From a virus (lineage: Duplodnaviria; Caudoviricetes): a stretch of 53,646 bases of DNA. Below are positions 1-7,751 of this stretch, in pieces (position 1 is the stretch's first letter; every line of letters starts with the position of its first letter). The notes under the pieces are model-generated. The model saw only the letters and a program-made list of their open reading frames with translations. It was not told where the DNA came from and ran no database searches. The position numbers were made by a program, and so were the translations under genes. Location of the stretch: positions 1 through 53,646 of the IMG/VR virus record IMGVR_UViG_3300033004_000003; one strand, given 5' to 3'.

Positions 1-123
1 CGATCCTGTTTTCTATAATTGTTTTTCTTCGCAAGGAGCTTTCATGTCAGAATCGCAGCCTGCTATGCAGTTAACTTTGCTTGATTGGCGTCCGATGAAG
101 CGCAACAGTTTGCGCGGTTTCGC
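1..123. repeat. Terminal direct repeat, copy 1 (circular assembly overlap)
   Basis: 1-123 (cgatcctgtt...gcggtttcgc) is identical to 53524-53646. Confidence 0.95.
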
Positions 124-376
124 CACCGTTAGGCTCGGTAAAGCCTTCAAAATCTCTGATATAGTCGTACACTGCAATAGCGGTAAGCGTTGGGCTTCTC
201 TTCCATCCAAGCCTCAAGTTGACGGAAATGGCGTTGCCGTAAAGGACGAACGCGGAAAGATTAAGTATCTCCCGGTTGTTTCCTGGATGGATAAGGATTC
301 ATCGGATCGATTTTCCATAGCTGTTATTGAAGCTGTAGAGCGGGAATATCCAGGCGCCACGCAAGGCGATGCTTAG
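44..376 (+). CDS. SpoVG-like/ssDNA-binding-type protein heading the replication operon
   Basis: AAGGAG RBS; LRGFATVRL...ISDIVVH...RWASLPSKP...YLPVVSW...FSIAVIEAV pattern of SpoVG-like phage proteins. Confidence 0.6.
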   Translation: MSESQPAMQLTLLDWRPMKRNSLRGFATVRLGKAFKISDIVVHCNSGKRWASLPSKPQVDGNGVAVKDERGKIKYLPVVSWMDKDSSDRFSIAVIEAVEREYPGATQGDA

Positions 377-378
377 TT

Positions 379-1161
379 GTGGGCGTCGTTGACGATGCCG
401 TAAGGCTGTCTGCGCGCTTTCCAGTATTTCCCTGTTTTGCCTCCAAGAAGCCAGCTTGCAAGCACGGCTTTAAGCAGGCAACCCAATCTCCGGAGGACAT
501 AGTTGATCTTTGGCGTGGCACGAATGCTACGCTAATAGGCGTCCCAACTGGTGAAGTCTCGGGCATAGATGTTCTTGACATCGATCCTCGTCATGACGGA
601 GATCAATGGCTAGAAACGGCGTGGGATCAAATACCCAAAACTAGAACGCACAAAACGCAATCGGGCGGATTGCATTTGCTGTTTCGGCATGTCGATGGCG
701 TGAAGAATAGCGAAAGCAAGATCGCGCCAGGCGTGGATACTCGGGGTTCAGGGGGGTATTTTATATATTGGCCCGCCCAAGAATTGCCCGTAGAAAATCC
801 ACAAATCCTAGCCGATTGGCCTGAATGGATTCTAAAAATCCTAAACCCACCGCCACAGAAGCGTCGTTATGTCATGCCGGCGACAAAATTAGAGGCTGAC
901 GTTCGCGCATCTAGAATGATCGAACGCGCGTATGAGCGTGTAAAAAACGCCCAGCCTGGCCGTAGGCATTTTGAGCTTAGGGCGGCTGCCGCTACTTTAG
1001 GCGGATTAGCTGGGCATCTCGGCAAATCTTTAGATCAAGTAGAGCGCGATTTAGTCGATTTAATTATGCAGACTGGCGCGGCCGACAGGAAAAACGCAGA
1101 AGCAACTGCACGATGGGCTATGTCTAAAGGATGCTCATCCCCATTATTGACTGGACGTTAA
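379..1161 (+). CDS. Bifunctional DNA primase/polymerase (Prim-Pol, AEP superfamily)
   Basis: VFPC...K.P...HGFKQAT, IGVPTG...GIDVLDID, TQSGGLHLLF, GVDTRGSGGY motifs. Confidence 0.9.
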   Translation: MGVVDDAVRLSARFPVFPCFASKKPACKHGFKQATQSPEDIVDLWRGTNATLIGVPTGEVSGIDVLDIDPRHDGDQWLETAWDQIPKTRTHKTQSGGLHLLFRHVDGVKNSESKIAPGVDTRGSGGYFIYWPAQELPVENPQILADWPEWILKILNPPPQKRRYVMPATKLEADVRASRMIERAYERVKNAQPGRRHFELRAAAATLGGLAGHLGKSLDQVERDLVDLIMQTGAADRKNAEATARWAMSKGCSSPLLTGR

Positions 1162-1162
1162 G

Positions 1163-2422
1163 ATGTCTGAAGATGCTACGGTTGTTGACCTTGGCTTTAA
1201 GCGCAGCACAGCCAAGCTTGAACAGATGCTCGCAAAGACAGAAAAAAACCAAGTGATTGCTAATGTATCAAATTTGATTTTGATTGTTGGGCATGATCCT
1301 GTTTTGTCGAACTTGTGCGGATATGACGAGTTCCAATGTCTTCCTGTCATCCATCACCCCGCGCCTTCTCCGATAGATGGTGCTCCCGATCTTCCGGGAC
1401 CTTATCCTCGCGCCTGGTCATCTGCCGATGTGTCTCAAATTCAGTCGTATATTCAACGTATTTGGGTGAGTGGTGCAAAAAAAAGCGACGTTGAGGACGC
1501 CATGAACGCCGTGGCTGCATCTAGGCGGTTCCATCCTATCAGAGATTGGCTTGCGGAACTTGAATGGGACTTAGAGCCTAGATTAAATCAATGGCTTAAA
1601 AAAGCGTTTGGTGCAGATGACACGCAATATATTGAGGATGTATCGTCGTGTATCCTCATTGCCGCCGTTCGGCGTATCAGAAGTCCTGGATGCAAGTTCG
1701 ACCATATGCCTGTGCTTGAAGGTGGACAAGGTATCGGAAAATCCACGGCGGTTAAGGTGCTATTTGGCGAAAAATACTTTACTGACAGTTTGCCGCTCGC
1801 TCTTGAGAGTAAGGACGCAGCCCTTGGGCTACAAGGCGCTTGGTGCGTCGAGTTTGCGGAGATCGAACAGTTAATTCGTACGGAAGAGCAAGTCGCCAAA
1901 GCGTTCCTGTCCCGCGCTATAGACCGTTTCCGCGCCCCTTATGGGCGGCAATATCTCACCTATCCAAGGCAGTGCGTGTTTATCGGCACCACCAACGATA
2001 CGGACTATCTACGCGATGCCACGGGAAACCGTCGCTACTGGCCAGTGCAATGCCATTTCGTGGAGATCGGCTGGCTCAACGAGAACCGGGAGCAGTTATG
2101 GGCTGAAGCAGCGGCGCGCGAGGCTATGGGCGAGGCGCATTGGCTAAGCGAACCTGACACAATCCAGCAGGCTAAAGAGGCACAAGAAGACCGTCAGGAA
2201 GAGGATGTGTGGGAAGACCGCGTGCAAAATTATCTGATAGGGCGATGCGAAACCACCACTGCCGAGATACTTACGGACGCCCTGCAAATCCCGGTGGAGA
2301 GGCAGACGAAGCGGGAACAAATGCGAGTGACGAAGATACTCAAAAAACATAGGTGGAAACGTGATACGGTAAGGGTGGGAACTAAAACTAAGAAAATTTG
2401 GCTTTCAGGTGGCAACAAATGA
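1163..2422 (+). CDS. VapE/VirE-family P-loop ATPase (putative replicative helicase)
   Basis: FHPIRDWL.EL.WD, PGCKFDHMPVLEGGQGIGKST (Walker A), FRAPYGR...YPRQCVFIGTTN...LRDATGNRRYWPV. Confidence 0.9.
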   Translation: MSEDATVVDLGFKRSTAKLEQMLAKTEKNQVIANVSNLILIVGHDPVLSNLCGYDEFQCLPVIHHPAPSPIDGAPDLPGPYPRAWSSADVSQIQSYIQRIWVSGAKKSDVEDAMNAVAASRRFHPIRDWLAELEWDLEPRLNQWLKKAFGADDTQYIEDVSSCILIAAVRRIRSPGCKFDHMPVLEGGQGIGKSTAVKVLFGEKYFTDSLPLALESKDAALGLQGAWCVEFAEIEQLIRTEEQVAKAFLSRAIDRFRAPYGRQYLTYPRQCVFIGTTNDTDYLRDATGNRRYWPVQCHFVEIGWLNENREQLWAEAAAREAMGEAHWLSEPDTIQQAKEAQEDRQEEDVWEDRVQNYLIGRCETTTAEILTDALQIPVERQTKREQMRVTKILKKHRWKRDTVRVGTKTKKIWLSGGNK

Positions 2423-2584
2423 ATAGGAGGGAACAAGTGGTAACACTAGGAAAAACCTACTTTGTTACCACCGTTACCACTGTTACCACATAATGTTGTA
2501 TGTATAGAAAGGATGTAAAGTATGCGCTCTATAGAGGTTTTAGAAAAAGGTGGAAATGTGGAAACAGGTAGTAACGTGGTAACA
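2409..2584. repeat. Cluster of 9-bp iteron-like repeats (GTGGTAACA/TGTTACCAC); candidate replication origin
   Basis: gtggcaaca 2409, gtggtaaca 2437, three tandem reverse copies 2463-2489, gtggaaaca 2558, gtagtaacg 2568, gtggtaaca 2576, in AT-rich DNA after vapE. Confidence 0.65.
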
Positions 2585-2767
2585 TCCCGCCCACTCCACA
2601 TCACCCACATCATCGCCGGCCTTAACCGCGTTCTGGATCACGAGCCGCTATTGCAGTCAGACCGCACGATCATCCGCATGGCTATCGCGGAGATCGCGCA
2701 TCAGCACCCTGAGGCATCGACCATCCCGCGCGCGACTATGCTTAACCCGGAGGGAGACGAACCGTGA
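2522..2767 (+). CDS. Hypothetical protein (start uncertain, possibly GTG 2558)
   Basis: Stop overlaps next start (GTGA). Confidence 0.45.
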   Translation: MRSIEVLEKGGNVETGSNVVTSRPLHITHIIAGLNRVLDHEPLLQSDRTIIRMAIAEIAHQHPEASTIPRATMLNPEGDEP

Positions 2768-3141
2768 CGACGCTGGAGGGCTTTCAGAGGGGGCTCGGCT
2801 ACCACCCTAGCGCCACATCCGACAAAGCCAGTTCTACGCCCCACAGCAACAGGGAAAAACGCATGATTAGGATCGACATCACCCACACGAAGAACGGCGG
2901 CGCGATTTGGAGCCACGACGGCATCAACGCCAAGAACCTAACCAACCTCGCTCGCGCAATCCTACCGACGGTTGGCGATGCACCATGGCAAGCTGGGCGC
3001 GAAGGCAAGATTGACCTGACCGGAAAAAGCTTGGCGAACTTGGCGCGGTTCACCGCGACCGAAGGCGATAAGATCGGCCCCAAGTTTGTAAAATGGTCGC
3101 CTAATCCATTTTTCGCCAAAACCGAAGGAGAAGAACCATGA
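2764..3141 (+). CDS. Hypothetical protein (alternative start 2863)
   Basis: GGAGGGAG RBS; ATGA coupling to gcrA. Confidence 0.6.
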   Translation: MTTLEGFQRGLGYHPSATSDKASSTPHSNREKRMIRIDITHTKNGGAIWSHDGINAKNLTNLARAILPTVGDAPWQAGREGKIDLTGKSLANLARFTATEGDKIGPKFVKWSPNPFFAKTEGEEP

Positions 3142-3599
3142 TCCGCCGCGACTGGACCGACGAGCTAACCGCCAAACTGCGCGCGCTCTGGGCCGAAGGG
3201 CTTTCAACCGCCGCAATCGGGCGCCGGCTGAATATCTCCAAAAACGCCGTCGCCGGTAAGGCGCACCGGCTTAACCTGCCTGCCAGGCCGTCGCCGATCA
3301 AACACGGCGGCAAATACGCCGGACGATTACAAGCTATTTCCGCGCGTAAAGCCTCTCAGGAGGCCGTACAGGGCATTATCCGCACCGAGCCGACACACAT
3401 AGTCCCCGTGATGCGCGAGCATCACAGGGCGCGCGTAGAGCCTTGTAGCTGGGTGGAGGGGGTTAAGGGTAGCTGGCGCTACTGCGATGAGCCTTCAGCG
3501 TCGGGGAGAGTTTACTGCCACGATCACTGCGCCGTGGCTTACGTCAGGACCGCCGCCAGCATCATGACGCCAGAAAACGCCAGCACGACCAGTAGGTAG
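3138..3599 (+). CDS. gcrA: GcrA-family cell-cycle transcriptional regulator
   Basis: WTDELTAKLRALWAEGLSTAAIGRRLNISKNAVAGKAHRLNL N-terminus; C-terminal CSW...YC...YC.DHCAVAY. Confidence 0.9.
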   Translation: MIRRDWTDELTAKLRALWAEGLSTAAIGRRLNISKNAVAGKAHRLNLPARPSPIKHGGKYAGRLQAISARKASQEAVQGIIRTEPTHIVPVMREHHRARVEPCSWVEGVKGSWRYCDEPSASGRVYCHDHCAVAYVRTAASIMTPENASTTSR

Positions 3600-3706
3600 A
3601 GCCACACAAGCGCCATGTCGTGCCAGGGCAAGTCGCGCCTTGGCACTTCTGGTTTCGTCATGCGGACGCTAAATGCAGGCGCGCCGGGTTTGAATACGTT
3701 GGCCAT
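3539..3706 (-). CDS. Small membrane protein, antisense overlap with gcrA 3' end
   Basis: GGAG RBS before ATG 3706; hydrophobic C-terminus LVWLYLLVVLAFSGVMMLAAVLT. Confidence 0.55.
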   Translation of the reverse strand: MANVFKPGAPAFSVRMTKPEVPRRDLPWHDMALVWLYLLVVLAFSGVMMLAAVLT

Positions 3707-3814
3707 AGGTTGTCTCCGTTCGATCTGCCGCATTTATGGCACAAGCATTCCGTGCGCGCAAACTGGGTGACGAAACTCTTCACAAATCACTGAAACATGG
3801 TGTATTTGTAAGAT

Positions 3815-4291
3815 ATGGCGTACGCACCTAAACCCAAGATTGACGTAGCAGGCCACACAACGGAAGAGTTGTGCGAGCTTATCATGGACGGCATCATGCT
3901 CACGCAGATTGCGCGGGATTGGTGCGTCAGCAAAGCCGCTTTGCTCGACTGGATTGCGGCGGATGAGGATCGCGCAATGCGAGTCAGGGAAGCGCGCTCG
4001 ATTGCCGGCCATTCATGGGATGAAATGGCGGTTAAGGCGCTTGACGATCTGCCGAAAGACGCAACGCCGGCCCAAATTACCAAAGCCCGAGAACTTGCCA
4101 GCCACTACCGTTGGCGCGCATCGAAGATCTCACCGCCATACGCGGACAAGTCGCACTCCATCGTTGAAGCCACGATCAAGCAGGCCAAGCCTTTGTCTGA
4201 CTTGGAGGCTCTGGCAGAAATCGCGGAGCTTAGCCAGCAGCTGGGTGGAAAATACCAACTTGTCGAAGTGGTTGACGAGGATGAGCCTTAA
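3815..4291 (+). CDS. terS: Terminase small subunit (Sf6-like HTH type)
   Basis: EELCELIMDG..LTQIAR...WI...R.ARS...YRWRASKISPPYADK pattern; upstream of TerL. Confidence 0.75.
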   Translation: MAYAPKPKIDVAGHTTEELCELIMDGIMLTQIARDWCVSKAALLDWIAADEDRAMRVREARSIAGHSWDEMAVKALDDLPKDATPAQITKARELASHYRWRASKISPPYADKSHSIVEATIKQAKPLSDLEALAEIAELSQQLGGKYQLVEVVDEDEP

Positions 4292-4300
4292 GCGGATAGA

Positions 4301-4423
4301 CTAATCCTCGTCGTCAATCTCCATATGTCGCGGGAATAGCATCTCGGCGGCACACATAATCGCCAGCCAAGTGAGCTGGACGGCATACAGAGCGCCGATA
4401 AATTCGAGGGCTAATCTGATCAT
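4301..4423 (-). CDS. Small hydrophobic protein (40 aa)
   Basis: Manually translated MIRLALEFIGALYAVQLTWLAIMCAAEMLFPRHMEIDDED. Confidence 0.45.
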   Translation of the reverse strand: MIRLALEFIGALYAVQLTWLAIMCAAEMLFPRHMEIDDED

Positions 4424-4462
4424 TTCTCGTCTCTTTCACTAAAAAAGCGATGCCGACCTTAC

Positions 4463-4509
4463 CCTCTTCGGCCGTAAAGCCTCGCCCTTCAGGGCGGGGA
4501 GGATGTCAG
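4463..4509 (+). mobile_element. Miniature/collapsed IS200/IS605-family element (single hairpin, PATE-like)
   Basis: Preceded by TTAC (4459-4462); AAAG at foot of hairpin CCTCGCCC-TTCA-GGGCGGGG; ends AGGATGTCA(G), typical IS605 right-end tail. Confidence 0.7.
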
Positions 4510-4763
4510 GGTTCGCTCTCCCGCCTAAGTAGAGTTACCGCCGCATCGAGCAAATCCACATGCGCCAGCCGCTCAGCCCGGCGAATAGCGGATTGCAGCC
4601 GATCGGCCTTGATGCGCCATTGGTGCGCGGACATGGGCAAGTCGCTCTGGACCTCAAGCACGCACAGCGCGAAGTTGCGCCGCGCACCGGCAAGGAGCTG
4701 GCGGTATTCGGTTATGGTTTCTGTGGTCATTTGAGCCACCAGAACGGCGTGAAGATCAGCCAC
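4506..4763 (-). CDS. Hypothetical protein (start probably 4730)
   Basis: Part of leftward, translationally coupled gene run. Confidence 0.5.
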   Translation of the reverse strand: MADLHAVLVAQMTTETITEYRQLLAGARRNFALCVLEVQSDLPMSAHQWRIKADRLQSAIRRAERLAHVDLLDAAVTLLRRESEP

Positions 4764-4918
4764 GGCGTTTCGCGCGCGGGTTCGACGTGTTCCGTAATGG
4801 CGAAATGAGGCCGGCGAAACTCTACAACTGTATCCGTATCCGTCACTCGCAGTTCAGTTTTGTCGCCACGCGGTGTCTCGTGAGCGATGGTAAGCCGCCC
4901 GAACGGGATTACGGTCAT
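4727..4918 (-). CDS. Hypothetical protein
   Basis: GGAGG RBS; ATGA coupling on both sides. Confidence 0.55.
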   Translation of the reverse strand: MTVIPFGRLTIAHETPRGDKTELRVTDTDTVVEFRRPHFAITEHVEPARETPWLIFTPFWWLK

Positions 4919-5181
4919 GGCGTTTCCTCCGCCAGCGCCGCGTCAATCATGGCGACATAAATGCCATGCACGCCGGCTATGCTCTCAACCCACGGTGCGC
5001 GGCATCCGGCGCTTAACATCGCGCCGTTCATCTCGCGCATTGCGGCGATGGCGGCGCGGGCTGTTGGTGCCCATCCGCTCCATTCACGCTCGACGAGATG
5101 GTCAACGTTCTCGCCCTCATAATCCATCTCTAGCCACTTACGACACATAGCCCGCGCCACGCGCTCAATCATCCCGCTCAT
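4915..5181 (-). CDS. Hypothetical protein (ERVARA...ARAAIAAM family)
   Basis: AAGGAG RBS before ATG 5181; paralog at 43410-43583. Confidence 0.65.
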   Translation of the reverse strand: MSGMIERVARAMCRKWLEMDYEGENVDHLVEREWSGWAPTARAAIAAMREMNGAMLSAGCRAPWVESIAGVHGIYVAMIDAALAEETP

Positions 5182-5205
5182 GCTTATCTCCTTTTCCGTC
5201 CTCGT

Positions 5206-5285
5206 AACTTGCCACCACGCATAACGCATCGTCAACACAAATCTAACGCAAAATGCTTGACACAAGATAGTGTTTTGCGTATGGG
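5206..5285. promoter_or_regulatory. Divergent sigma70-like promoter pair
   Basis: + strand TTGACA(5257-5262)-N17-TATGGG; - strand TTGACG-N17-GCAAGT. Confidence 0.5.
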
Positions 5286-5319
5286 GATAAGGCGCATGGA
5301 GCGCGTTACGGGAGATGCA

Positions 5320-5508
5320 GTGACCCCAACCGAACTAAAAGCCGCCGGCCTGGCGCTATACGGCGAGCCATGGCGCCGGGAGATGGCCAAAGACCTGAAC
5401 GTGCATATCTCCACGATCCAGCGCTACCTGGCGATGGATACCGTGCCACGCATCGTGGAGCTGGCTATAGACGGGCTGCATTATCGTGGCGTTAATAATG
5501 TTCGATAA
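5320..5508 (+). CDS. Small HTH DNA-binding protein
   Basis: TPTELKAAGLALYGEPWRREMAKDLNVHISTIQRYL HTH pattern; GGAG RBS. Confidence 0.65.
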   Translation: MTPTELKAAGLALYGEPWRREMAKDLNVHISTIQRYLAMDTVPRIVELAIDGLHYRGVNNVR

Positions 5509-5926
5509 AAACATCCCAATCCCCGTCGCCGCCCGTAAATGGGACTTCACACAAGCCGAGATTGGCGACAGCGTGGCGTTCATGAACGAGGCGGACGCTG
5601 ACAAGTTTGCCGCCGCTGTTCGCCACTATAGCCGCGTTCACGGCACAGACTGGGGCGCGAAAAAGCTGGCGGCTGGCGAGAAGTGGCGTGTGTGGATCGT
5701 CGCCGGCAGAGGCCGCAAGCCGGTCAAACTGGAGCCGGTCAAGTTGCCAAAACTGCAAGTGTTTGCCGCACCTACGCCGTTGACTGACGAGGATTTGCAG
5801 ATCGTCGTGGACTACCGGCGCGGTGAGGATGTGACGCTAGCAAAGCCAAGACAGTATGAAATGGGCGAGCCGGAGGCGGAAGAAACAACGCCAACGGGGC
5901 GGCGTAAGAGGCTTATTCCGGAGTAA
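5498..5926 (+). CDS. Hypothetical protein
   Basis: TAATG coupling to terL; IPIP...WDF.Q.EIGDSV N-terminus. Confidence 0.65.
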   Translation: MFDKNIPIPVAARKWDFTQAEIGDSVAFMNEADADKFAAAVRHYSRVHGTDWGAKKLAAGEKWRVWIVAGRGRKPVKLEPVKLPKLQVFAAPTPLTDEDLQIVVDYRRGEDVTLAKPRQYEMGEPEAEETTPTGRRKRLIPE

Positions 5927-7572
5927 TGGCTAACCCGGCCATCATGCGCGTGCTCAATGACATGCGCGCGAAGCGGAAGCAGCAAATCAAAGCGGAGTGC
6001 GAGGCGAACTTATATCAGTTCGTCAAGCATTTCTGGCACATTGTAGAGCCTGCAAATCCCCTCATCGAAGGGTGGGTTATGGAGGCCATCTGCGAGCATT
6101 TGCAGGCAGTGACAGAAGGAAGGATACTGCGTCTTATCATCAACGTGCCGCCTGGTTGTTCCAAGTCACTATTATCGTGCGTGTTTTTTCCGGCTTGGGA
6201 ATGGGGCGCAAGGGGCATGACTTCCATACGCTATGCCTCGTTCAGTTACACAAGCACCCTGACTGAGCGTGACAATGGCCGATTGCTCCATTTGATCAGC
6301 AGCCCGCTTTATCAGGAATATTGGGGCGAGCGCCTTAAGGTATTTGGCGGCAAGGTCAAGGTTGAAAACAACAATACCGGGTGGAAACTCGCCACATCCA
6401 TAGGTGGAGTGGGCACCGGAGAGCGCGCGGACAGGTTGTTGTTGGACGATTTAAATAACGTCAAGGAATCTGAATCAAAAGCGATCTTGACCACAACTAA
6501 TCAGTGGATACGAGAGGTTATGCCGACGCGACTTAATCATTTGGCGCGGTCTTCTATCATCGCCATCCAGCAGCGAACGTCAGAGGAGGATTGCACAGGA
6601 ACGCTGGTTGCGGCGCGTGACGATTGGTGTTGGCTCATGGTGCCGATGAAGTACGACCCAATGCGCCATTGTAGCACGGAGATTGGCTGGTCTGATCCGC
6701 GCACGGTCGAAGGAGAGTTGTGCTGGCCAGAGCGGTTTCCGCCTGATGAGGTCGCCAAACTAGAGCGCGAAATGGGGCCTTACGCTTGGGCCGGCCAGAT
6801 GCAACAATCCCCAAGCCCGCGCGGCGGCGGAATTATCAAGACCGAATGGTGGCAGGACTGGCCGTCCAAGCAAACCCCACCGCTGGATTACATCGTGGCA
6901 TCTCTCGATACCGCCATGACTGAAAAGGAAGAGAGCGACTATTCCGCGCTGACGGTCTGGGGCTCGTTCCAGGATAGCGGCGCGATCATAGGCGACGAGT
7001 TCGGCGGTTATGACTTTGTGGCCAGCAACGAGCCGCGCGACCGAAGTCTGTTCGGCCAGGAAAGCCGAGAGCGCATGTCTGTTGTGTCAGCTTCTCTGCC
7101 AAAGATATTGTTGCTGAATGCCTGGCGGGAGCGGCTGGGACTGCCGGAGCTGGTGGAGAAGGTTATTTCAACTTGTATCCGTTACCGGGTGGACGTTTTA
7201 ATTATCGAAAATAAAGCACACGGCCATGCGGTTAACCAGACTATACGCGAAATGCTTGCAAGAAAACCCTTTAGCGTTGTAATGTATGATCCGCGTCAAT
7301 ATGGCGACAAATCCGCGCGTCTATACTCGATACAGCATTTGTTTTCTGAGGGTCTGATATATGCTCCGTTGGAGAAAGCCTGGGCAGATATGGTGATCCA
7401 AGAGGTTGCGAACTTCCCGCGCGCCAAGAATGATGACCTAGTTGACACCGTGAGCCAGGCGCTCCAGCACCTACGACAGCGCGGTTTCGCGCCTCGCCGT
7501 GAGGATGCTGTATCTGGCGTTACCGATCGTCTGCGCCACAAGGGGACGGCTAAGCCGCTGTATAACACATGA
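5926..7572 (+). CDS. terL: Terminase large subunit
   Basis: LIINVPPGCSKS (Walker A), GERADRLLLDD (Walker B), RNase H-like nuclease SLDTA...DYSA...IIENKAHG...FPRAKNDDLVD. Confidence 0.95.
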   Translation: MANPAIMRVLNDMRAKRKQQIKAECEANLYQFVKHFWHIVEPANPLIEGWVMEAICEHLQAVTEGRILRLIINVPPGCSKSLLSCVFFPAWEWGARGMTSIRYASFSYTSTLTERDNGRLLHLISSPLYQEYWGERLKVFGGKVKVENNNTGWKLATSIGGVGTGERADRLLLDDLNNVKESESKAILTTTNQWIREVMPTRLNHLARSSIIAIQQRTSEEDCTGTLVAARDDWCWLMVPMKYDPMRHCSTEIGWSDPRTVEGELCWPERFPPDEVAKLEREMGPYAWAGQMQQSPSPRGGGIIKTEWWQDWPSKQTPPLDYIVASLDTAMTEKEESDYSALTVWGSFQDSGAIIGDEFGGYDFVASNEPRDRSLFGQESRERMSVVSASLPKILLLNAWRERLGLPELVEKVISTCIRYRVDVLIIENKAHGHAVNQTIREMLARKPFSVVMYDPRQYGDKSARLYSIQHLFSEGLIYAPLEKAWADMVIQEVANFPRAKNDDLVDTVSQALQHLRQRGFAPRREDAVSGVTDRLRHKGTAKPLYNT

Positions 7573-7751
7573 AACAGCCCGCTTTCACCGGGCATTGGTA
7601 TGCGCCTGAACAGCTAGGCTACGTGCGCGTGCCAGAGAAATGCACAGCCAAGGTTGAAGTCTACCGCGCGCCGGATGGCAAAATGCGTGAATGGGATGCC
7701 GAAAAAGGCCGTCCGCTGGTATTTGTTGACGATAATGCGGGGATTAGATGA
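7569..7751 (+). CDS. Hypothetical protein
   Basis: ATGA coupling between terL and portal. Confidence 0.6.
   Translation: MKQPAFTGHWYAPEQLGYVRVPEKCTAKVEVYRAPDGKMREWDAEKGRPLVFVDDNAGIR

Noticed and set aside
1-123. Biological direct terminal repeat of the virion DNA
   Set aside because: It starts in an intergenic region and runs into a gene, with a length in the range of assembler overlaps; it cannot be distinguished from a circularisation artefact without reads
4274-4312. Inverted repeat GACGAGGAT/ATCCTCGTC between convergent genes
   Set aside because: Explained by both genes ending in Asp/Glu codons; at most a weak terminator
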